From positions 32,001 to 96,000 of the forward strand of contig OY969622.1 of assembly GCA_963701665.1 (NCBI GenBank): a DNA stretch of 64,000 nt, written 5' to 3'. Shown here piece after piece: positions 10,574-19,882 of the stretch (the stretch's first letter is position 1; the number at the start of each line of letters is the position of its first letter). The notes below the pieces were generated by a model. The model saw only the letters and a program-made list of their open reading frames with translations, did not search any database and was not told the origin of the DNA. Origin of the DNA: Candidatus Babeliales bacterium. Its GTDB lineage: Bacteria; Babelota; Babeliae; Babelales; JANWKD01. The position numbers and the translations under genes are program-made.

Positions 10574-10984
10574 ATGAAGAAAAATAATGTTTTTATGGCT
10601 GTTCTCTTAGGTTTGGCATGTATACCTTTTGCTATTGAAAGTCATCCACCTACTAGGAGGGAAGCAAAAAGGGTTTTTAGGAACGCTCCTACTCAACTTG
10701 CTAATGGTGAAATTTCTTTTACTGAATATAGTGAAAGCGTAAAATTTGCAAATGGTATTGGAGGCTTTGTTCAACGACCTTATCATGATCCTCTCCATAT
10801 TGCGGCTTGTCAGGGTAACAGTGATCTTGTAGTATTTTTATTCCTAAAAGGGGCAGATCCCAAATTTGTGGGACCTAGTGGTGAAAGTGCTTTAGATGCC
10901 GCAACAGCGCGTAACAATGCTGAAATCCAAAGATTGTTCGGCATAAATAACAATACAACTTCTTCTTGGTGCACACTCTATTAA
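10574..10984 (+). CDS. Small exported ankyrin-repeat protein with CaaX-like C-terminus
   Basis: Signal peptide; PLHIAACQGN..LV..L...GADP ankyrin repeat; ends WCTLY. Confidence 0.8.
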   Translation: MKKNNVFMAVLLGLACIPFAIESHPPTRREAKRVFRNAPTQLANGEISFTEYSESVKFANGIGGFVQRPYHDPLHIAACQGNSDLVVFLFLKGADPKFVGPSGESALDAATARNNAEIQRLFGINNNTTSSWCTLY

Positions 10985-11004
10985 GTAATTTCAGTACTAT
11001 TATT

Positions 11005-11038
11005 AAAAAAAAGGCGGATGAAAATCCGCCTTTTTTTT
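11005..11038. terminator. Bidirectional Rho-independent terminator
   Basis: A-tract, GGCGGAT/ATCCGCC stem, T-tract, between convergent genes. Confidence 0.85.
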
Positions 11039-12425
11039 AATAATATCTCTCTAATTCCCAATCAGTGACTGCAGTATTAAATGCATACAGTTCGTCTCTT
11101 TTTGATTTTACAATCGAAGCAAATAAATCTTTACCGAGCATTTTTTGCATTAAATTGCTTTGCTCGAAAGCTTCTAATGCTTCACTAAAACTAGCTGGTA
11201 ACATTTCAATATTGAGTGAGCTGCGCGTTCCCTCGTTCATCTTATATACATTTTGATCAACGAGTGTTGGCAATTCATACTTATTTTTGATGCCCTCGAG
11301 TCCTGCGCAAACGAGTGCTGCAAATGCAAGATAGGGATTACACATTGCATCAGGCGAGCGCATCTCAATGCGGCATGCACTCGGTTGTGTTGCCCCTGCG
11401 TGTGGAATGCGAATCATAGCGCTTCTATTTTTTTTACCACAGCAAATAAAAATAGGTGCTTCAAAGCCTTTCACTAAGCGTTTATAGGAATTGATTGTTG
11501 GATTTAAAAGAAGCGTGATTTCACGCGCGTGTTTTAAAATGCCCGCGATGAAATGGCACGCGACATCACTGAGTTGTTCGGGATTTTGCTCGTTAACAAA
11601 AGCATTTTTTTGATTTTGGATATCAAACAAACTAAGATTCAGATGCATACCACTGCCAGCCTCGCCGTGCATTGGTTTTGGCATGAAGCTAACTTCTTTG
11701 CCGTATAATTGTGCAACAACAGCAATTGCTTGCTTAGCCGTGCCTAAACAATCGGCAATATTAAGGGCATTATCATAATGCATACTCATTTCAAATTGTC
11801 CGGGCCCAACTTCATGATGGATTTTTTCAATATTAAGATTCATGCTATTGAGTATTTGTAATGCACTGACTATTGCCTGCGATATTGCAAAATTATCGCA
11901 GCGTTGCGCATAACTCAGCCAATCAATCGGCATTAAGGTTTGATCTTTGGTGGTATCAAAAACATAAAACTCAAGTTCTGGGCCGACATAAAAATCATAA
12001 CCCATGCTGTACGCCTCTTCTAACTGTTTTTTCAAAACCATGCGCGGATCGGATTGATAGGGCGTTTCATTATCAAGATACATGTCACAAATAATACGCA
12101 CCATGGCCCCCGTTTGATCATTGTGCCATGCTAATTTTTCCATGGGCGCATAAAGATCTGGTTTAAGTTGAATATCGCTATTAGTTATATCAGTACAACC
12201 CGGGATTGATGAACCATCGAGGTAGATGCCATGTTGAAGATCGTGTCTGAGATATTTTGCCGGACGAATGACTGATTTGAAATTGCCATCGCGATCGGTG
12301 CAACAAAATTCGATGAACTGTATACTGCTGCTTTCGCAATCGTCACATAGTTGCTCGATTTTATACGCTTGTAGTGAAAACAATGAAAGAAAAAAAACGC
12401 TGAATACGATGTGTCGTGAAATCAT
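11037..12425 (-). CDS. glnA: Glutamine synthetase type I family protein with N-terminal signal peptide
   Basis: DGSSI, GPELEF, HHEVGPGQFE, FMPKP..GSGMH, NSYKRL..GFEAP, NRSAMIRIP and RIEMRSPD motifs. ATG at 12425 has an AAGGAG RBS 7 nt upstream. Confidence 0.85.
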   Translation of the reverse strand: MISRHIVFSVFFLSLFSLQAYKIEQLCDDCESSSIQFIEFCCTDRDGNFKSVIRPAKYLRHDLQHGIYLDGSSIPGCTDITNSDIQLKPDLYAPMEKLAWHNDQTGAMVRIICDMYLDNETPYQSDPRMVLKKQLEEAYSMGYDFYVGPELEFYVFDTTKDQTLMPIDWLSYAQRCDNFAISQAIVSALQILNSMNLNIEKIHHEVGPGQFEMSMHYDNALNIADCLGTAKQAIAVVAQLYGKEVSFMPKPMHGEAGSGMHLNLSLFDIQNQKNAFVNEQNPEQLSDVACHFIAGILKHAREITLLLNPTINSYKRLVKGFEAPIFICCGKKNRSAMIRIPHAGATQPSACRIEMRSPDAMCNPYLAFAALVCAGLEGIKNKYELPTLVDQNVYKMNEGTRSSLNIEMLPASFSEALEAFEQSNLMQKMLGKDLFASIVKSKRDELYAFNTAVTDWELERYY

Positions 12426-12504
12426 GAACAATCTCCTTTATGTAATAGTTTTTTGAGTACCGTACTTTTTTAAGAGCAATTTGTAAAGCAGCAGTTTGCT
12501 TTTG

Positions 12505-13221
12505 TTACTTCTTGCCCATCATAAATGCGGCTATTTTTGGAAATTGTGCAGAATTTTTTTGTACATCTTTTGATGAACCTGATTCAACTATAGTTCCATG
12601 TTCCATCAGGTAAATAGTGCACTCGAGTGCTTGAACGAGTGCAACATCATGCGAGGCTATGATAATTATTAATCCTTGACGCGCGAGTTCTTGAAACGTG
12701 TGCGCAATATGATTTGTAAGTAATGGATCGAGTGCCGAAGTTGGTTCATCTGCGCAGAGAATTTTTGGTTTTAATGCTAACGCGCGTGCAATGGCAAGCC
12801 GTTGTTTTTGACCGCCAGAAAGTTGATTTGGATATGCGTGTGCAAGATTAGCAAGATCGTAATGCTCGAGAAGTTCATGTGCAATTTTTTTTGCGTCACG
12901 TTTTGTTTTGCCCATGACGTGAATAAGTGCGAGCGTAATATTTTGTTCAACGGTAAGATGTTCAAATATATTGAACTGTTGAAAAATCATGCCAATCGTG
13001 TGCTGTTGATTTACCGCGTTTAAGTCGAGTGTTTTGTTATTGAACGAAATCTCGCCTGAATCTGGTTTTTCAAGGTTATTTAATATGCGCAATAAGGTAG
13101 ATTTACCTACGCCAGAATGTCCTAACAGCACGGCAATAGTGCCCGGTGCAACATCGAGGTTAATATGTTTTAAAATGGTTTTTTCGTGAAATTTTTTTGA
13201 AAGATTTTTAATGATTAACAT
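12505..13221 (-). CDS. Polar amino acid ABC transporter ATP-binding protein (GlnQ/ArtM-like)
   Basis: GHSGVGKST, LSGGQKQR and DEPTSALDP motifs. Confidence 0.92.
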   Translation of the reverse strand: MLIIKNLSKKFHEKTILKHINLDVAPGTIAVLLGHSGVGKSTLLRILNNLEKPDSGEISFNNKTLDLNAVNQQHTIGMIFQQFNIFEHLTVEQNITLALIHVMGKTKRDAKKIAHELLEHYDLANLAHAYPNQLSGGQKQRLAIARALALKPKILCADEPTSALDPLLTNHIAHTFQELARQGLIIIIASHDVALVQALECTIYLMEHGTIVESGSSKDVQKNSAQFPKIAAFMMGKK

Positions 13222-13867
13222 GACGATTAATCCTTGCTTGCACATAATGGGCAAGTAGTGAAACGAGGCTTGTTAAAATTAAATAGATGAGTGCAATAGC
13301 GCAGTAAACGGGAATTGCATTATAGGTTCGGCTGATGATTATGGAGCCTTCTTTGAACAATTCAACAACGCCAATCGTTGAGGCTAAACTAGAATCTTTA
13401 ATCAGCGTGATCATTTCATTCAGAAGCGCAGGAATGATCACAGTGATCGCTTGAGGGAACACGATAAAACGCATAGTCTGCCATTGGGTGAGTCCTAACA
13501 CTTTTGCTGCTTCTCGTTGTCCTTTGCCGACTGATAAAATGCCCGATTTTACCGTCTGGCTGATGTATGCAGCACTATTTAAGCCGATGGCAATAATTGC
13601 GGTCGTGATTAATGAAAATTCAATGCCGATTGATGGTAACAAATAATAAAAAAATGGAATTTGAATGAGCATTGGCGTGCCGCGGAACAAGGTGACGTAG
13701 GAAGTAACAAACCACCGTAATGCTAATGGTGCATATACTTGAATAAATGCCAACACGGTGCCCAACACAAATCCTATCAAACTCGAAGCGAGTGCAATCT
13801 GCAACGTAACGAGCGTTCCGCGCAGTAAGAACGGTAAAATTTGCATAAAAAATGAACTGGTGATCAT
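13208..13867 (-). CDS. Polar amino acid ABC transporter permease
   Basis: FRGTP, GQREAAKVLG (EAA loop) and LIKDSSL motifs; ATGA-coupled to the upstream binding protein. Confidence 0.92.
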   Translation of the reverse strand: MITSSFFMQILPFLLRGTLVTLQIALASSLIGFVLGTVLAFIQVYAPLALRWFVTSYVTLFRGTPMLIQIPFFYYLLPSIGIEFSLITTAIIAIGLNSAAYISQTVKSGILSVGKGQREAAKVLGLTQWQTMRFIVFPQAITVIIPALLNEMITLIKDSSLASTIGVVELFKEGSIIISRTYNAIPVYCAIALIYLILTSLVSLLAHYVQARINRHVNH

Positions 13868-14634
13868 GAAAGATGCCACTTTCTTTTGAGTGTTTCAAGT
13901 GAGCCATCTTCAGACATTTCTTGTAGGATTGTGTTGATACGGTCAACAAGTTCAGGATATTTTTTTGAAATGGCAAAAGCTGCTGGCTCACTCGTATTAG
14001 GAATTGGCGTGGTTATAAAATTTTCAGAACCGTATTGATCAAAAAACGGTTTTACCGTTGTTACTGCTGTGACAAATGCATCAGCACGTCCGGAATTTAA
14101 AGCAAGGAATGCATCGGCCACGGTTGGTAACCGTTTGAGTGCAATATTTGGATACTGTGATGAAAGATATGCTTCAGCTGAAAATCCATCATTAACAATG
14201 ACATCTTGATTAGCAAGATCAGCGAGCGTTTTTAAAGGCGCGTGCATTGCACGGGTAACAATAACGAGTGGCTCTCCTGCGGTATAATTTTTAGAAAAAA
14301 GTACTTGTTGCGCGCGCTCTTGCGTTGGCGTGAGCCCTGCGGCAATCATATGCAGCGAACCAAAATTGAGTTGCGTAATGAGGGTAGAGAATGGCATATC
14401 TTTAATGACGAGTTTCTTGCCCATTCTTTTTGCAAGCTCATTAACAAGATCAATATCAAAACCAACGAGCGTATCATGTTCAATGTATTCAAATGGTGGG
14501 AATTCTGCGCTGGTGCCAATTATTAAAGAGGAATCATCATGAAGTCGATGTCGTTTCTTGTTGTAAAAAAATAATACTGTTGATGCAAGTACAATAATGC
14601 TTAGAAGGGTGAATGGTAGCGTATATTTGCTCAT
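13864..14634 (-). CDS. Polar amino acid ABC transporter substrate-binding protein (family 3)
   Basis: GTSAEFPPFE, GFDIDL and T.ER motifs; N-terminal membrane anchor. Confidence 0.92.
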   Translation of the reverse strand: MSKYTLPFTLLSIIVLASTVLFFYNKKRHRLHDDSSLIIGTSAEFPPFEYIEHDTLVGFDIDLVNELAKRMGKKLVIKDMPFSTLITQLNFGSLHMIAAGLTPTQERAQQVLFSKNYTAGEPLVIVTRAMHAPLKTLADLANQDVIVNDGFSAEAYLSSQYPNIALKRLPTVADAFLALNSGRADAFVTAVTTVKPFFDQYGSENFITTPIPNTSEPAAFAISKKYPELVDRINTILQEMSEDGSLETLKRKWHLS

Positions 14635-15101
14635 GCTAATCCTTCTTTTTTAATCTTATAATGCAATGCTTTGCAAATGGTAACATAGATTGATGCGATG
14701 TTTTTGACACTTGTGGGCGCAATAAACAGAACATTTTCTCCTGCTAGGGTACCAATAACACCAGATAATTTTTGTTGATCGAGATAATCACCAACAAAAC
14801 TCGCAAGACCCGGCACTGTGTTAACAATAATTAATACTTCATTATGAACTATTGTGTGAATTGAGCGTACTAACAGTTCAAGGGTGCTATTTTGGTTTTC
14901 GAGATCGTAGACAGAAATATCATCGACTACTTTTTTTGACACATGTAATTCTCGCAAATCACGAGAAATAATTGATTGATTGGTATCAATGTTATATTTT
15001 TGCTTAAGCAACGATGCCAAAGTCGTTTGATCTTCAACAGGATAGAGGCCGATGAGCTCTTTTAAGGCTTCTTGCCGCAACTTTTTCTTATTTTTCCTCA
15101 T
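14631..15101 (-). CDS. argR: Arginine repressor
   Basis: Winged-HTH NQSIISRDLREL; C-terminal T.PGLA and IGTLAGENVL. Confidence 0.9.
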   Translation of the reverse strand: MRKNKKKLRQEALKELIGLYPVEDQTTLASLLKQKYNIDTNQSIISRDLRELHVSKKVVDDISVYDLENQNSTLELLVRSIHTIVHNEVLIIVNTVPGLASFVGDYLDQQKLSGVIGTLAGENVLFIAPTSVKNIASIYVTICKALHYKIKKEGLA

Positions 15102-15174
15102 AGTTTTCCAATCAATATGTTACTTAATGAATGCAATGATATTTACCTGGGGTAATGAACAATGAAAGCACGAT

Positions 15175-15287
15175 TGTCATTGCGAGCCACGTATGTGGCG
15201 TGGCAACCCAGCTTATAAAATTAATTCCTTAAAAAGGATCTGATTAAATTTCTGGGTCACCACGGAGCTTTGCTCCTCGTGATGACA
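15175..15287. repeat. REPIN-like palindromic element, copy 2 (in the argR leader)
   Basis: Same arms and spacer as 7559-7666. Confidence 0.9.
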
Positions 15288-15300
15288 CTTCCCATGAAAA

Positions 15301-15346
15301 TATCACTATATATTCATATTATACTGAATATTTATTAATAAATCAA
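15301..15346 (-). promoter_or_regulatory. Sigma70 promoter of the argR operon overlapped by ARG box(es)
   Basis: Minus strand: TTGATT (15346-15341), 17 bp, TATAAT (15323-15318). ARG-box-like ACTGAATATTTATTAATA at 15323-15340; weaker box at 15301-15318. Confidence 0.7.
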
Positions 15347-15385
15347 GGGTAATTCATTGTTTTCTTTTAAAAATCTGTTTTTTTA

Positions 15386-16110
15386 ACTTACGCAGTCATG
15401 CTGTCCTCATGCCGGACAGGCACAAGGTATTTTGCACGCCCAAAATACCTTGAACAAAAGGGCGTCCTCCTACGCTTATCCACGCCTTCCGGCTTGGCAA
15501 GCTTCGGACGGACAGGCCAACAATGTTTTAACCCTTCGAAGCTTTAGCGTAGTAGGGCCGCGCGAGATGCGCACTCAAAAACATTGATGCTACGCATCAT
15601 GATTTTGAGCTTGTCGCGCTACACGACTTTATATTAATTATTTTTTACGATCACGATTTCCTACAGAATTCCAAAGTGTATTGCATTATGCAGAATTGTC
15701 ATTCTGAGGAGCCGTCCTACTTCGCCAAGGCTTCGCAGGATCCGCGATGAAGCGCCTGTCCGACGTAGCTTGCCAAGTCGGAAGACATGGATAAGCGAAG
15801 GCGGAACGTAGGAATCCAGTCTATAAAATTAATTCATTAAAGGAACTTATTAAATTCTGGATTCCCACGGCTTCGCCTCGGAATGACACTGTTGTTTAAG
15901 AAGTTAACTTGCAATCGTAAGCATCTGATAAATCAATTTCCATATAAGCACAACATGTTGGAGACCTTGTCACACGTTAGTGTGCAAGGTCGACTTGTTT
16001 GCGTTAGGGAGATAAATAAGAGGCTTGCCCTCTTATTTGCCCTTGTATCCAATGTATTGGGCACGCAATACATTGGTGCTGCCCGCACGGGGCCGCATAA
16101 CTGCGTAAGT
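15386..16110. mobile_element. Composite MITE-like non-coding element with long imperfect terminal inverted repeats and nested repeats
   Basis: ACTTACGCAG at 15386 and CTGCGTAAGT ending at 16110; about 75 bp of homologous inverted arms. The right part recurs inverted at about 47452-47763. Confidence 0.7.
15697..15888. repeat. REPIN-like element, copy 3, with nested insertions in the left arm
   Basis: TGTCATTCTGAGGAGC...ACGTAGGAATCCAG-spacer-CTGGATTCCCACGG...GGAATGACA; compare the uninterrupted copy at 31117-31229. Confidence 0.85.
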
Positions 16111-16232
16111 CACAATAAAAAAGTTTTTATGAAGGATATTTATGAATAAATGAAATCTCTCACATAACTGATTTACTTCTTGGCAAAAGAAAAAAGATAG
16201 TTTAAGCTCTCGAACAGTAAAAAAGGGAATTT

Positions 16233-17720
16233 ATGACTATGTCTTCTTTTTCATTGCAAAAACGTTGGCACAATCTTCTGTGCCTTTTTTTAATTGCCAT
16301 ATTAATTCGCTCATTAGTATTTGCATTCTATATTGCGCCCCATGAATTTTATTTACAGCCAGATTCGCGTGATTACCATTATTGTGCTTGTTCCTTAGCA
16401 GCAGGTCATGGCATGGCGCATCCTGATAATTTGTATCCCACATTTTGGCGAACGCCAGGTTATCCTTTGTATTTGACTATTTTTTATCGTATTTTTGGGG
16501 TACAAAGTTTAGATTTTCTAAAAAATAAAAAACAGCTTGAAGCATCAATTTGGGTGCAAATTTTGCTTTGTTCATTGTTGCCGGTTTTATTATTTTTTCT
16601 TGCACTTCATCTGACAGCTTCATCACTGCTTGCTTGGTGTGTCGCGTGGATCTCGGTATTTCATCTCGGTTTTGTGTTGGCAACAAACTATATACTTTCT
16701 GATGCACTCGCATCGTTGTTATTGATGATATTTTTTCTATTTTTCTATCGAATCACGCGTTTCATCGGCGAACCGCGCATGCGCGGTATCCACTATAATG
16801 CGAGTGTTATGAATATTTGTGGCGCAGCATTTTTCTTAGGCCTTTATACGTGGTTACGGCCAAATGGTCAATTTACGGTATTTGTTGCTGCTGGAATGCT
16901 GTTGCTAACGGCATTGTCATGGAAAGTAAAAATGCGTACGGTGTTCCTCTTTTTGCTTACGTTTTTTATCGTTATCGGCGGTTGGTATATCCGCAATTAT
17001 CGTTTAACGGGACATTGGTTTTTTTGTCCTATGACGGGTGCTTATGTACAAACTTTTTGCGCACCAAAAATTGTGCGCTCGCTTACTGGCAGACCACTTA
17101 TTGAGTGCATGAATTATGTATTGCAGCATGTCGGAGCAGCGTTAAAACAAGAATATCAGCGCGTGAAAACCGAAACGCCACATTTATACCTTTCGCGTGA
17201 ATTAGTGTGTGGCAAAGTTGCCTGGCCGATTATTTTTGCGCACCCATTTTATTTTGTTCGCGATTGGATAAAAGAAGTATTAAAAACCACGTTTGATCCG
17301 TATGCAAGCCAATTAGTTGCATTTGCCAATAACACGTACTCGTATGATCCCCCCGAAGAATTTTTATTTGAAAAGCTTTATTTATGTCTTTTTGGTCAGC
17401 CAATGCCAATTTTTTCAAGATTATTGTGCTGGATTGATTTTCTGTTCTTAGTATGGGTATGGATAGGCTTACTAGGGGGTTTGTGGCTTTTCCTGATTAA
17501 ACCCTTATTCAGACGCGAAATTTCTAACGAACTACGTTTTTATCGTGCGCTTTGGCTCAAAACCGGTATATTTGTCGGGGGTTTAGTGGTTTTAACAGGA
17601 GGTTTTGGGTATGCGCGGTTGCGCATGCCTGTTGAACCATTAGTTCTCATCATGACATTAACCTGGTGGTTGCGGTTTTTGGACAAAAAACCAACGCTCA
17701 AATTTGAAACAGGGAAATAA
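16233..17720 (+). CDS. GT-C fold (ArnT/PMT-like) membrane glycosyltransferase
   Basis: DS.DY, RTPGYP, ILSD.L, LRP, W.IRNY and RLRMPVEP motifs; many transmembrane helices. Confidence 0.75.
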   Translation: MTMSSFSLQKRWHNLLCLFLIAILIRSLVFAFYIAPHEFYLQPDSRDYHYCACSLAAGHGMAHPDNLYPTFWRTPGYPLYLTIFYRIFGVQSLDFLKNKKQLEASIWVQILLCSLLPVLLFFLALHLTASSLLAWCVAWISVFHLGFVLATNYILSDALASLLLMIFFLFFYRITRFIGEPRMRGIHYNASVMNICGAAFFLGLYTWLRPNGQFTVFVAAGMLLLTALSWKVKMRTVFLFLLTFFIVIGGWYIRNYRLTGHWFFCPMTGAYVQTFCAPKIVRSLTGRPLIECMNYVLQHVGAALKQEYQRVKTETPHLYLSRELVCGKVAWPIIFAHPFYFVRDWIKEVLKTTFDPYASQLVAFANNTYSYDPPEEFLFEKLYLCLFGQPMPIFSRLLCWIDFLFLVWVWIGLLGGLWLFLIKPLFRREISNELRFYRALWLKTGIFVGGLVVLTGGFGYARLRMPVEPLVLIMTLTWWLRFLDKKPTLKFETGK

Positions 17721-17721
17721 T

Positions 17722-18234
17722 ATGGATCGTTTATACGCGCCTTGGCGTGAAAGTTATGCAACGCGTGTTGACGCTGAAAAAAAAGAACATATTGGGCATG
17801 ATGCGTGCGTTTTTTGTTTGCAGCTCGAAGATGGGAATGATGAAAAGTATTTTATTTTGCGCAGATTTCCCAATACTATCGTGATGCTTAATTTGTATCC
17901 CTATAATGGCGGTCATCTTTTAATATTACCGTTCAAACATACTGATTCTTTATCACAACTTTCTCCTGATATTCGCGCAGAAATTATGGAAGTGACAAAT
18001 CAAAGCATTATCATTCTCTCAGAAGTGTTAGAAGCACAAGGCTTTAATGTTGGGCTTAACCTTGCGCGCGCGGCCGGGGCAGGTATTCCCTCGCATGTTC
18101 ATTTCCATGTAGTGCCTCGTTGGGTTGGGGATACCAATTTCTTAGTTACCCTCGCCAACACCAAACAAATCTCTGTTGATTTATACGCACTTTATACGAA
18201 GTTGCGCCCTTATTTTCAAGAGTTAAAGATATGA
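17722..18234 (+). CDS. HIT-family nucleotide hydrolase (Ap4A phosphorylase-like)
   Basis: LYAPWR, CVFC, LNLYPYNGGH, AGAGI and HVHFHVVPRW motifs. Confidence 0.9.
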   Translation: MDRLYAPWRESYATRVDAEKKEHIGHDACVFCLQLEDGNDEKYFILRRFPNTIVMLNLYPYNGGHLLILPFKHTDSLSQLSPDIRAEIMEVTNQSIIILSEVLEAQGFNVGLNLARAAGAGIPSHVHFHVVPRWVGDTNFLVTLANTKQISVDLYALYTKLRPYFQELKI

Positions 18235-18247
18235 GCAAAGAATACGT

Positions 18248-18487
18248 ATGAAGAAATCTCTAGAAAAGTTTTTTATAGCACTATTATTTTTGGCAACCGT
18301 TAATGCAATGCAACAACAGCCTCAAACTCCAGCAGAACTTGAAGCAGGCATTGAAAGGCTTGAGGTCCAACTTTTGAAAGAAACAATAAGAAACCGTCGA
18401 TTGCAAAAAACAAGAAAAAAACTCAAACTTCAAGAAGAGCAAATTAATAAAATATGCCCATGTCTCAATTGTTGTGTTCTGTGGTAA
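18248..18487 (+). CDS. Small exported coiled-coil protein with Cys-rich CaaX-like tail
   Basis: Signal peptide ending VNA|MQ; ends CPCLNCCVLW. Confidence 0.7.
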   Translation: MKKSLEKFFIALLFLATVNAMQQQPQTPAELEAGIERLEVQLLKETIRNRRLQKTRKKLKLQEEQINKICPCLNCCVLW

Positions 18488-18682
18488 AAATATTGTTATT
18501 TTAAATATTTCTTGAGCAATTCCTGCAAAATTTTAGGATTTGCTTTTGCTCTGCGTTTTTCAACGCATTTAATATATACATAAAAAATTATTTTTATATT
18601 TTAAAACCATTGACCCTAGCCATTTCAATCCAGTATAATTACTCATAGAATAGGATTAGTGTGCCTTAAAAAGAGTAGGGTT

Positions 18683-19879
18683 ATGAAGCAATTATTTTAT
18701 TATCTAACAAAAAATGGCTTATTCTTAGCTGTTTTCTTAACGCAAATCAGTTTGACGGTTCCTCTTAAAGCTATGGAAACTACTGAAGAAGAACCGCGAA
18801 TCTCTGAAGAAACGACTCAATTAGAACATTTGCCTGATGAACTATTGATTGAAGTTGCATTAAATCTTTTTCCAGAAACGATTACTGATTCTTCTCAAAA
18901 CCCAATTGTTGGGGGCTTTATAAAATTATCCAAATTAATGCTAACCAATAAAAGATTCTATACTATAGTTCATGATCCATATTTTCTTGGCTTGCTTGAA
19001 AAAAGATTGATTTCAAGTATTGAAGACCCTTCTTTAATTTCAGCAGCATTAAGCAGTTTAAATGCCTTAGGTGTGAAAGATCAAAAGCTCTTATATGTGC
19101 TAAATAAAGCTAATGAGCAAATAATTTTAATGAGAGATGCTTCTGATTCTATGCTTAACAAAGATATCGAAAAATTTAAAAAAATAATTGCAAAAATAGA
19201 TGACCCAAATTTTTCTGTTTTCCAGGGATATTCTATAATTGATGAAGCCGATAATGTTGTAAAAAAATATAGTAAAATTCCAGCCCTTGACGTAGCAATA
19301 AGTTCAGGCCGTAAAAATTTTGTTGAATCGTTGTTAGAACATGGCGCTGATCCAAATATTTATCTTCCTAGTGGTCTCACACTCCTAACAGCAGCAGCAA
19401 CGTTTCCGAAATCTAAGGGAACTGAGCTCGTTGAATTATTGTTATCAAAGGGAGTTGAAATTAATACAAAAGATCGGTTTGGAAGTACTGCATTAAACAT
19501 AGCAGCACATTATGGTAACAATGAATTGGTATCCCTGTTAATTAAACGGGGTGCAAGTATAGAATCAAGAGCCTCGCAAAGTCTTACACCTTTTTTAAAT
19601 AATGCAGCTAATAGAATAGAAAATTTAAGAAATCAGCTTGAAACAGCACTAGTATTAATTAAAAACGGTGCTGACATTAATGCGCAGGCAGACAATGGTA
19701 AAACTGCATTAATGTTTGCAGTTAAACACGATAATCCTCAATTAGTTGGCATGTTATTGAAATATGGTGCTAACACTGAGCTGCCGGATATAACAGGTCA
19801 GACTGCATTATCAATAGCTAAGAAGAAAAATAATCCGCAAATATTGAAGTTATTTGCACCATATAAGAAAAGAGAATAA
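18683..19879 (+). CDS. Exported F-box-like + ankyrin-repeat protein
   Basis: Signal peptide (LKA|ME); LEHLPDELLIEV F-box-like motif; about 5 ankyrin repeats. Confidence 0.88.
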   Translation: MKQLFYYLTKNGLFLAVFLTQISLTVPLKAMETTEEEPRISEETTQLEHLPDELLIEVALNLFPETITDSSQNPIVGGFIKLSKLMLTNKRFYTIVHDPYFLGLLEKRLISSIEDPSLISAALSSLNALGVKDQKLLYVLNKANEQIILMRDASDSMLNKDIEKFKKIIAKIDDPNFSVFQGYSIIDEADNVVKKYSKIPALDVAISSGRKNFVESLLEHGADPNIYLPSGLTLLTAAATFPKSKGTELVELLLSKGVEINTKDRFGSTALNIAAHYGNNELVSLLIKRGASIESRASQSLTPFLNNAANRIENLRNQLETALVLIKNGADINAQADNGKTALMFAVKHDNPQLVGMLLKYGANTELPDITGQTALSIAKKKNNPQILKLFAPYKKRE

Positions 19880-19882
19880 GTT

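Noticed and set aside
15883..16149. ORF MTLLFKKL... and its near copy at 47499-47732
   Set aside because: Both lie within the structured repeat. The changes are compensatory for base pairing, the C-termini differ and there is no RBS, so they are treated as non-coding.
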